From assembly GCA_963693365.1 (NCBI GenBank), contig CAVNZM010000010.1:9381326-9440774 (forward strand): a stretch of 59,449 bases of DNA. Reading direction: 5' to 3'. The stretch is from Amoebidium appalachense. Taxonomy: Eukaryota; Protista; Ichthyosporea. The position numbers and the translations under genes are program-made. A model generated the notes under the pieces. The model ran no database searches. It was not told the DNA's origin and worked only from the letters and a program-made list of their open reading frames with translations. Positions within the stretch are counted from its first letter, which is position 1. The number at the start of each line of letters is the position of its first letter. This document shows, in pieces, positions 28,693-38,823 of the stretch.

Positions 28693-29618
28693 TGTTGTAA
28701 TACGTAGTATTTACATATGGTAAGATCTTCTCAGTTTGTGTTATGTTTCAGTTCATATGCTTAGTGTAAATGCCACACTCCTATTATGTAAAGTGTAGCA
28801 TCGATCTCCGATATGCTTGTATACTTGTAATCGTGTTGTATCGGCTTTAATCGTGTATTGTAATATCGATTAGAATATTTATATGTGTGTACACGGATCC
28901 ACCCACTCAGGGAGAGACGTGTACATGTTCGTGTGTACATAAATATCTCTGGTTATAGTTATGCTATTACTATCTTGTTTGTTGATCTGTGCTCTCTTTT
29001 CCTTCCTCTTTCTCCTTCCTTATTTTCTTTTCTTTCTCTCCTTGTCTTCATGTGTATAATCGTATTTCTTTTCTACTAATATATGTTAGGTAGATTTGTG
29101 TTACTTAATACGTGTTCATTGGACGGTAACACACTTAGGCTACACTTAGAATAGCATGTGTGTTTAGACTTCATTAATTCACTTTAGTTTTCATGTGTTG
29201 CCGGGCTTTAACCAATCATCAAGGTTAAGTGTGATATGTCTGAGTCTTTGCAGTATGTCATAGGTTAGAACTTCCTTGATGATGACACGAGTTGATCTTA
29301 ACTGGTGTCTGTGTCCTATCGTGTACGCCTCCGCGTACCGGATCTCTCTGAAAGCAATTGGTTCTTAGTGATTGGTTTCTATTAGAGATGGATCTGATTT
29401 CCGACTGGTCGGAAATCATGTATGGATTGGACTTAGAGGAATTTCAGGTATTTATTCGAAGATCAGAATAAATTCAGTTCAGTCGTGTCTAAACATTGAT
29501 GTCTGTTGTGTACACTGCTCCGATCGTTCCGTGTTTTGTTGTTGTGTGTGTCTGTGGTGTTTTCACACTGCACCACTGTGTCTCTGCTTACATCCTAAAT
29601 ACTTATAGAAATTTAACA
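28693..29618 (+). repeat. Copia-1 3' LTR
   Basis: Copy of 22871-23796. Confidence 0.95.
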
Positions 29619-30782
29619 ATTGTGCTTGCAGTCTTTGCGGGGGTGTGTGCCAGAGCAGAGCGGGCACACGTGGGAGAAGGGGCAGGGCTGCTTAGCGCAG
29701 GACCGACCGTTAATGTGGAAATTCCTGCAGTGCGTCGCGGGTAGATCCACGGGTCGGGCCGGTTTGGCCGGGCCGGGTTGCGGGCCAGGGCGGTTAGGGG
29801 TGTGACCCCCGCCGGGCTTGTGGGGCGGCTTAAAGCCGTCAAGACCACAGCCGGGCTTGGGGTACATGGGGCAGGCCGCGCTGGGGTGGTCGGGGAAGCC
29901 ACAGCGCTGACATGCGTCCTGGATGAGCAGGGTGGGTGGCAGGAGGAGATCCTGGTGGAGTTGGGCGAGCAGGTTGGGGCACTCGATCGGAGCCCGACCC
30001 TGCTGGTGGGCCACGGTGCGGGCGTATACGTCATAGTTGTGGATCTGGGCCCACGGGTATCGGGTGCTGAGGCGAGTGATGTGCTGAGTCCAAAGTACGT
30101 CTTTGTCCGTGGGGAGGCCGAGGTGGTGCTTGGCGGCCATGTAATGGGTCCAAGCTTGGATCCAAATGACGAGTGAACGCAGGGGAACGGGTTTGTCTTG
30201 GCGAAAAGTCTCGATGCTGCCGTCGTCGGCCATGCGCAGATGCTGACCTTTCTTGGATGGGGCCAGGAGGGCGGCGGGGGTGAACTTATACAGGTCGACG
30301 AAACGATTGGCGCGCAAATCTGCCAGCACATCCGCGGGGGGAAGCGGGAGTGTGCCCGGCTGAATGTCGCCAGTGTTCTCACCTGTGATGGGGGGCGCGG
30401 GCAGGGCAGGCAGGTCAAGGTCAGGGCCGAGATGCAGCCCCGGGGAAACCTCCCCGGGTGTGGAGGGCGCGGCGGGGGGCGCGGGAGGGTCGTGGTTGGT
30501 GAGAGCAGCCAGGACGCCAGCCATCTGGGTGCTGATGGCGGTGAGGGCGGCCAGGACGGCGTCTTGAGAAGTCATCTGCGGGGACGGCGGGGCCTGAGGG
30601 GGGACTTCAGGGGTGGAGGGGAGAGTAGCCGGCGGGTCCGGGTCCGTGGTGGTATGGGCCGCTGGAGGCGCGTCAGTGTCCGCGGGAGCGTTGGTCAGCC
30701 TGTGGCGGAGGTCGCTGCGGGTCAGGCGCTTAGGTGCCGCGGCAGGGGCGGCGGCTGAGGCCTGGCGCTTTTTCGGCGGCAT
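29619..30782 (-). CDS. Ngaro gag-like ORF1 with zinc fingers; last codons (HNA-stop) lie across the Copia insertion at ~22860-22865
   Basis: CQRCGFPDHPSAAC knuckle and CRNFHINGRSCAKQPCPFSHVCPLCSGTHPRKDC. Confidence 0.88.
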
Positions 30783-30821
30783 GCTGACCGGCGTAGGGAA
30801 AGATAGGGAGAATGAAAAGGA

Positions 30822-31171
30822 GTGAAAAGGAATATATAGCTGTAAGGCTGTGGATGCTAAACACAGAAGATGTGTTTGTAGCTTGCTGATCTGCTAAAAA
30901 CTGTCGTGCTTATATACCTAAGCCTACCGATCTGAACCAATCAAAAATCGATCTAGTGATATGTGAAATCTGATCCGAGCCAATCATAACTCGGTCTAGT
31001 GATCTGTGGTATCTGATGTTTTGACTGGCTAATAGGTGCCCGTGTGCGGGCAGCCAACCGCTAACTGCTAAAACACGAAATGAAGCCTACATGGTTATGT
31101 TGGTATCGAACACCCATCCTACGTGTTTACCCAGAAAAATATTTATGTCAATAATTTCCACAAATAAAACC
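30822..31171. repeat. split direct repeat A1
   Basis: Matches 19177-19526. Confidence 0.93.
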
Positions 31172-33054
31172 AAAGCAGTCTTCTCCTTATCCTCTTCCCT
31201 AAGCCGACACTGAAAAAATGCATTTTTCAAATCGAGGACACAGAACCACTTATAGCCATGAAAACTATCAAGTAATTCATCAATACGGGGAAGGGGAAAG
31301 AGATCCTTTTTAGTGACAGAGTTAAGGCCGCGTAGGTCTGTGCACATCCTGTAGGACCTGTCTGGTTTTTTAATTAAAAGTACCGGTGACCGCCACTGAC
31401 TTTTACTAGGCTCTAAAATCTGCATTTCTCGAAATTCACTAATCATTTGCCTTCCTGACTCTAATTTCGATTGCTCCATTCGATACTGAGGCATCACCAC
31501 AGGACTGGCATCACCTGTATCAATTGCCACTGTATATCCCTTCACAAAACCGTGATCTTTTGGATGCCTAAGAAATACATTTTTGACTCGATTTAACATG
31601 GGAAGAATTAATGCACGTTGCTGATCCGTCCAACCTGGATCTACCATACCCCAGGGGAGACTCACTTCACCGGAATCACCCTCCCTGTTACAGTTACTAC
31701 TTGCACCTTCACCTGCACACACTCCGTCTGCTTTACCAATATCATCACTAGAAGGGCCCTTTTCTGTGGATGAGGGATTGACACCTACTGCATCGGACTG
31801 ATGACCAGACACCGTGGTAACCGCAGACACTGAAACACCATCAACCGTAGGCGAGCGACTTCCTGTTGGTGTTGATGTCTCGGGCTGGCCACAAGTTTCC
31901 GGATTACTAGGTTTATCTGAAGGTAGCTCGGGGGTGGGGATAACTATTTCTGCAACAACTGTATCGAAAGGCAGCTGCCCTTCGATATATCCCAATCGCG
32001 TGCCAGCAGGTATTACTAATTCTGAATCAAGATTTCGATTTTCTACTTCGATCATGATTGTTTTATCAGCCGCCACTTTACTATATGAAGGACTCACAAA
32101 TGGAAGTAACCTAGCTGCCGGAACAAAGACACCTATATCTGCCACGACAGCAAATTTGTCTAAGTTCACCCGGACGAATGCACGACTGTGGGGAGGTACA
32201 CAAATTTCGCTGACAGTGTGTGCAGTACTTTGATACCCCTCCGTACCCGTGTGCAAACGTACACTACCACCCTTCTTCAAATGCAACTTATTAGATTCTT
32301 CATCTAACAATTTAACATGTGCCTTTGAAAATGGACGGCCTAAAATCATACTCTGACCCATGTTTGCACAAACAGCAAACGTGACAAATAATGTGTGGGA
32401 ACCAATGGTACATGGGAGAGTGACCCGGCCCACCACATTCAACGATGCATCAGGATTGGCAGTCTTCACACCACTCACTAAGTTATTTGAAAACATTGTA
32501 ACACGTGCACCCATCTTCATTAAATTACAAATAACTTTTTCATGCACACAATTAATGTTTGCACCACCATCTAAAAGAGCATCATGAATTTGAACATCAC
32601 CCAATACCACAGGAACATATAACCGTGCTTCTGGCTGAATTAAAGATGCAAACACTTCCTGTAACACAGAAATTTCCACTTCACTAGTTTCCACACTAGT
32701 CTCTATCACCGACACAGAAATATTGGAAGGGGGGGAGGGGGAGGGGGGTGGGAGGGGGTGGGGGAAGGGGAAAAGGGGGGGGACGGGAGGAAGGGGGGGT
32801 GGGGGTTGTGGGGAAAGGGGGGAAAGGGGGGAACGGGGGGAAGACTTAGCTTCATGCTGATTCTCAACGAGAGAGGGGGTAAATTGCACCACAGCAGTTT
32901 TAACTGACTGTTTTACGGCACCAGGCCGTGAGTGATTTATTGTCTTATTTACTTCAACAGTATCTGTATAACAAGACACGTTGATTTCAGACATTTCACT
33001 ATCACTGCACATAGCCTCAACTGCAATATACTCTACCCCACTCTCAGCGCCCCG
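31172..33054 (-). CDS. Gypsy pol, 5' part: aspartic protease and RT N-terminus
   Basis: LLDGGANINCV, SQWRSPVLLIKKPD, RMCTDLRGLN, PLPRIDELL, LDLKNAFFQ; cut at KTA by the Ngaro element. Confidence 0.92.
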
Positions 33055-34500
33055 TCAACGCCGACGCTCGGCCAAAATTTTAGCCGACGCCTGCTGAGCA
33101 TGATCTTTCCACCTAATACCTTTGGGGGCTGAGGGAAAGGTCTTAGGCAATTTTCGGTTGGGACAATCCCGTTTCTGATGCCCTATCCCAGTACAATGGA
33201 AACAAACTCGTTCTGAAATAGGCACGACTGGTCTCTCACTACCCTGCTGGCTACCGTGCTTGCCGTTTTTCTGATAGGGTGCCGGGCGACGGGGTTGACG
33301 GTCATTTTTGGCCTTACCACCGGCAGCCTGGAAGGCAGCCACCTGAGCCGATAAGCTAGCTATCTGAGCCTGCAGGGCAGCAATCTCCGGAGCACCAATA
33401 CCACTACCGTTGTTACCTGGGGTGGAAACACTATTGACCTGCGCTTTCTTGGCCGCCTGCCGACTAGCGAAACGACCCTCGAGCTTGTTAGTAATTTTCG
33501 ACTGAGCCTCATCAAGCTTGCTATTTGCCTGAGCTATTTCCCACAACTGCGCATCGGCCTCAAACGTATTCCTGTATAAACTACGTTGCATTTGACCGCT
33601 GACGTCGGTGTTCAAACCAGCTAACTCCAGCAGACGGCGAAACGTGTTGGTGTGTGCCGTCACTTGGCCACCAATACTGGCAGCCGTGGCATCCGACGTG
33701 GGAGTGAAACGGAGGGCCCGGATCTGTGTCTCATATGATTCACGCCGAATGTTGGTCAGCCAGTAGTTCTCGATGAAACGCAGCAGCCACTCAGACGCCG
33801 TCAATTCGACTTCGACCTGCAGAATCTCACCCTTGCCCTTGTGCATAGGGCGAGTCGTCTTCAGTGGTGTCCGAGAGGCCAGGTGAAGAAGAGAATCCTC
33901 CGAGCGCACCTCGCCGTCAATGCCGAGGGCACGAACCGGCACCGTCTTGTTGTCGTTTTCAGGATCCATGTAGTCGTCAAGGAGGGTAGCCATCTCCAAC
34001 ACACGAGGATCACCACTTGCCCGGTTCACACTCTGCAGAATCATAACTTGCCACTGGGCCAGGGGAGTGTCGGGGGACAGCTTGGCGATGCGATCGATGA
34101 GACGGTACCATTCAAACACGTTATCAGCCTTGGAGAGCTGAGGAATCTTAAGCTTCTCCATCATAGCCGCAGCCGCAGCACACACTTCAGGAACCTGAAA
34201 AGCCTTGGCCGCAGGGGCGTCGTAGAACACTTCATCCATCACAATGGGATCTTGCCACTCCATCAAACTGGGGGGCAGAGCGTCGAGAAACTCCGGGTCT
34301 ATTTCATCCTGCGGGTCCATAACTTGGCCGCGCCACTGGGTGAACTTGCCGACGGTGACATCCTTGAGCTTGCCGAGGGGGCCAAAAACAAGAGCTTGGG
34401 CGAAGGTTGCACTAAGCCCCGCGACCGGCGAAAAGGGGGGTTCCGGCTTTATGTTGGGGGCGAAAGCAACAGCCGAGACGGAAGTTTTGCAATATAGCAA
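33055..34500 (-). CDS. Gypsy gag (first ATG ~34320)
   Basis: Position after the 5' LTR; CFHCTGIGHQKRDC knuckle. Confidence 0.88.
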   Translation of the reverse strand: MLYCKTSVSAVAFAPNIKPEPPFSPVAGLSATFAQALVFGPLGKLKDVTVGKFTQWRGQVMDPQDEIDPEFLDALPPSLMEWQDPIVMDEVFYDAPAAKAFQVPEVCAAAAAMMEKLKIPQLSKADNVFEWYRLIDRIAKLSPDTPLAQWQVMILQSVNRASGDPRVLEMATLLDDYMDPENDNKTVPVRALGIDGEVRSEDSLLHLASRTPLKTTRPMHKGKGEILQVEVELTASEWLLRFIENYWLTNIRRESYETQIRALRFTPTSDATAASIGGQVTAHTNTFRRLLELAGLNTDVSGQMQRSLYRNTFEADAQLWEIAQANSKLDEAQSKITNKLEGRFASRQAAKKAQVNSVSTPGNNGSGIGAPEIAALQAQIASLSAQVAAFQAAGGKAKNDRQPRRPAPYQKNGKHGSQQGSERPVVPISERVCFHCTGIGHQKRDCPNRKLPKTFPSAPKGIRWKDHAQQASAKILAERRR

Positions 34501-34516
34501 TTGGATTGGTGTAGCT

Positions 34517-35293
34517 TGTAAAGTATCCTCACGGACACTTCAGTGTAAAATGTATGTGTATGAGTGTAAACGGGGTTCACTCTGAACTGGATTTCAGAAG
34601 ATCGATGCGTGCGTTTATATACGGATGGTCGACCCGGACAAGATTACTTGACCAATCACACAACTCCCTAGCCGACCAATCATATTACAGATTAGTACAG
34701 GGCTAGTAATTACTGTGTGTGACTACTTGGTCTCTTGCCGGTTCTAACACTCATATATAATCTTTACTGCTGCATGACTTATGACTTACACAGCCCCGAA
34801 ATATACTCCAAATAAACAGGTACCAGTACTTTTCCTGTTTGTGACTTTGGTTACCAGTTACCTTTCGGAGTGCTGTCTCTCTCACATGTGTAACTGCAGG
34901 TTTACAACGACCACTCATTGCAGCTGGACTTTACCGGGATACCCTCGACATGACTGGTCGAATATGAGACTCCCCAATCACTCACAACCTGCTTGTTAGT
35001 TATTCGTTCTCTATGGCCGCAGCATTTACGTGTTCCAATCAACACAGAAGAGGCCATAAGTGTCCACTCACGCGAGTCTCACCGTAGTTCGTTTCCAAGT
35101 AACCGAACATATGTAATTGTATTCGATCATCCGATTGGAAAAGCAGATATCACATTTATGATTGGCTCATTCGTCAGCAAACGCCGACATCTGACTGGAT
35201 GAGCCGGCACCGACGAAATGTAAACAAAACAAATAGATCTGAATAGATCTGAATCGATCGATTGACACGAATGCTCGCCGCGGAGACATAACA
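34517..35293 (-). repeat. Gypsy 5' LTR
   Basis: Copy of 15216-15992. Confidence 0.96.
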
Positions 35294-37810
35294 GTGGTGG
35301 TCTCGTTCTTCCAGTTGCCCAGCAGGTCGCCGTTGGTGGAGTCGATGTTGTGGCGGAGGTGGGGCACCCTGCTGTCGTAGTGGTACACGATGGAGTCGGT
35401 GTCCATGTACACCACCTGCTGGGGGGACAGGGACCGGAGGGCCCCGTAGAGGTGCAGCCGGGCATGTGCCGTGACGTACGTGCCAATGGCAATGTTGGCA
35501 TAGGAGGGGGGTGGGGCCGTCTCCTTCTTGGGCCGGTACTTGATGGCCACCCTCTGCTCGCCGATGGGCTCGACGTCGAGCACCAGGAGGTTGGGGTTGG
35601 TCACCAGCAGCCTCAGCCGGTCGACGTCGTCGACAAACTCGATGGTGTCCAGCCCAGCCCTCTGCACCAACTTGCCCCAGAGGCTGTTCAGAAACAGCTT
35701 GCTGATGGTACGCAGGGCCGGGTTGGGGTCAAACTCGTCGGCGGTCACCGTAATGCCGTAGTGCTCCTTGAACAGGTGCACGAGGGCAGGAATGTCGGCC
35801 GGGTCGACGGTGGTGCTGGTGAGCTTCACCTTCAGGAACGTCTGCACGTACTTCCGGAAGAGGTTCTTGGTGCGTTTCTTGAAGACTTAGTGCACCACGT
35901 CGTACACGTCGAGTATGGTGTACCCGTCCCGCACGGCCACCTTCAACTTCTCCGTCGTCCACGTGCCCACCAGCGCCCTCTCCTCGTCCGTGTGTGTGCA
36001 CAGTGTGTGCTCACGTACCCTGGGGTTGCCGTCCTCGTCCATGCAGGTGGCCCGGGCCTCCTCCTTGCTGCTGCAGGCCCTGCACAGCACAAAGCCCAGC
36101 TTGTCGTACCCCTGGGCACCCGTCATTCGCACCGGCAGCACCGGAATGAAGAGGTCCTTGGGGGCAGCACCCTCACACGTGCAACACCAAAGTACCCCTT
36201 GGTCCTGGCCTGGGGGGAGCCGGGGGCCATACGGCACGTCTTGTCGAGCCTCTCCTTGAGCACCTGGGGGTCGGTGACGATGGCCGATGGGTGGTCCTCC
36301 GGCTTGATGGGCAGGCAGGTGAACCACTGTGACTTGCCCACCGGCATGTACTTGTCAATCATGACGTACGGGTAGAGGGAGGTGACGTCGACGTACTTGA
36401 GCCCGGCCGCCGGCTGGTCCTCCTCCTTGACCTCGATGTGACGGGTGATCACCTCGGTGCGACCACCAAAGAAGGCATCACGGAACTGCACGGGGCCCGT
36501 GGGCACGGGGGCCACCCTGCCGGTGCCCTCCCTCCGTGCTGCCTGGGTTGCAAGTGCAGCCTTGACCTCGGGGCTCTGCCTCAGCCTGTCCCACCTGCAC
36601 TCCCACATGCTCTGCACCTTGTGCCCCTGGGCACGGATGTAACGCTCGTGGGCCATGGTGCTGTCGTAGGCCAGTCCCTGGCCGGCCTCTTCACCACCCT
36701 CATCGTCAGATCCTCGTGCCTGTTGCAGTCGGGGCACCCATGGAACACACACCCGTGGAAGAAGTAGTAGGTGCACGTGCCGTCGTCGTGGGTGGCCTTG
36801 GCATCGGCCGTGGCCCTGCCGTGGGGGCCGTACCCGGTGGCCACGTGCCGTGCAGCGTCGTCTGGCCCCACCCCCAGGCTGTGGGTGATGTAGTCGATGT
36901 ACTCCTGCTCCTTCTTGCTGCTGTTCACGTTGCCCATGGTCTGGTCACGCATCACGGCCACGTCCTTGGGCATGGCCTGCGTGATCCAGAAGTGCATGGC
37001 GAGGGAAGCAAGGGTGACGCACGTGAAGGGGTCGATGCCCGTCAGCTCCACCAGCTTGGACATGAAGGCCTTGACCACCTGCTGCAGCAGCACCACGTCC
37101 TTGACGCAGTAGTCCTCGCACTGCTGCACAATGTCGTAGCATGTGGCCGCCGGTGCCCCCTCGTGCAGACGTGCCTGCTCCTCGTGCCACCACTGCATGA
37201 AGGCAGTATGCTGCCTGGGCTTCATGTCCTGGGCCCCAAAGTCCTCGGGCCCGGGGAAGGCAATGCGGCCGGCCTTGAAGTTGGCAAACGTGGCTGCACG
37301 GTGGGGGAAGTGGCCCTTGGTCTCCTGGCAGCCCATGGCCTTGCCTGCATCCGACAGTGACATGGTGAGAAAGTTGAGGGTGTCCACGAACGCCAGCTCC
37401 ACCACCGTCGTGCGGCTGCCGTCCCCCCTCTGCCCCCCGTGCCTCCTCTTGTGCCCGGTGCCTGCTGCTGCTTCGCCATGGCCATCACCATGGCCATCAC
37501 CATGGCCATGGCCATCGCCGTCCACGTGCATGGGCTCGGGGCCGGGGGGTGCCGGTGCACCGGCATTCTTGATGTAGTGACGGATACGGCAGGACTTGAT
37601 CTTGCTGTTGGCCATGATGGGGACGTACACATAGTCCTGGCAGCCCACCACCCTCTTGGTCACAAAGTGGAAGTCGAAACCACTACCGTTGTGGCAAAAC
37701 ACCCGGCCGCCGGCATGTGGCGGTGTGTCAAACAGCCACTTCACCACCTTGTCAATAACATGGTGGTGGTCTTCCATCAACACATCCCAGCCGTTCTTGC
37801 CGTCGGCAGA
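35294..37810 (-). pseudogene. Polinton/adintovirus-type protein-primed DNA polymerase B with inserted Vsr-like nuclease; several frameshifts and a stop; N-terminus lost at the Copia-2 LTR
   Basis: HNGSGFDF (ExoII), KGHFPH, YCVKDV (ExoIII), FHGCVFHGCPDC...MWECRW (Vsr-like insert), FFGGRTE, YVDVTSLYPYVM (A), KLFLNSLWGK (B), YMDTDS (C). Confidence 0.92.
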
Positions 37811-37902
37811 TGTTGGAATACGTCGCCATGTATGACAGCAAGAGCCTTGAAGTATGTATGTGTCCTAGCTTGTTTGTATTCGTGTCTGCTTTCCTCCTTT
37901 GT

Positions 37903-37960
<58 letters not shown>

Positions 37961-38705
37961 CCCCCCCCCCCCCCGTATCTCTCTCTCCCTTGTTTCTGTG
38001 GGCACAGATATCGGTAGATCTGTGCACACCTGGCTCTCTTGCCTGATAAGAAAATATTGTGTTTTTATTTCTGTTTGCTCTCCTCTGTTTATCTGAGAGG
38101 TAGCGTGATTGGCTAGCCTCACTCGTTGTCTTTCCTTTATTTCAAAATGGCTTAGTTTTGTTCTCAAAAGGATGGCTCGCCAATAGTCGCGAGCGAGTAC
38201 ATCTGTAGATTGTGTTGTGCATTCCTGTCTGTTAATATATGTGTGTTGTGATTGGACAATAGATATATATGGAATTCGGTTTATTGCAAAGTGTCTTCAC
38301 TTTGAGAGTGTCGACTGTTAGGAAATATATGTATTTAAATAAGTTTCTTTATAGAGACGAACATAAATATATATGTGAATTAATAGTGACTAGATGTATA
38401 ATTACTTAATTTATTTAAGTAAGAGTTTCTACACTTTAGTTTAATCGGAAGTTGGAATGCGTATGCTCTGTCGGAATGTGTTTTTCTATCTTCTGATAGA
38501 ACCGATTGGTTCTCCCTCTTTAATTGTGATAAGGTGATAAGTCGCAAGTACAAAAGGAACCGAGAGCACAATAAAGATTCAGTTGTTGTTTGAAATCTTT
38601 TCAATGTCTCGTGAACAACTCCGATTGCCCTCTCATTAATGTGTTAGTCGTGTTTTACATGACACCTCTGTGCACTCTGCTCCCTTAGACCCGTACAAAA
38701 CAACA
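37811..38705 (+). repeat. Copia-2 5' LTR
   Basis: TGTTGG...CAACA; internal (CT)n and C-run. Confidence 0.94.
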
Positions 38706-38823
38706 GGTTAAAGGCCCATTTTCGCACGCTCTCGCAACACATACTCTCGCTGCAATCAAAAATATTCAAATTTGAATACCGATCTGATTCCTCTCTCACG
38801 CATCATCTGACTGATTGATCACC

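Larger units (their letters stand above)
22871..29618 (+). mobile_element. Ty1/Copia LTR retrotransposon 1
   Basis: 926-bp LTRs, TSD ATTGT (22866-22870, 29619-29623), PBS GGTTATGCAGCCC at 23797, PPT AAGTGGGGA before 28693. Confidence 0.96.
18951..31171 (-). mobile_element. Ngaro/PAT-like tyrosine-recombinase (DIRS order) retrotransposon with split direct repeats
   Basis: A1 (30822-31171) - gag - RT/RH - YR - B1 (19527-19616) - A2 (19177-19526) - spacer - B2 (18958-19047). Interrupts the Gypsy RT between KTA and PAFDGELWQF; no TSD seen. Confidence 0.93.
15216..35293 (-). mobile_element. Ty3/Gypsy chromovirus LTR retrotransposon (interrupted by nested elements)
   Basis: 777-bp TG..CA LTRs, 5-bp TSD GTGGT (15211-15215, 35294-35298), PPT next to 15993, order gag-PR-RT-RH-IN-chromodomain. 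Confidence 0.96.
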
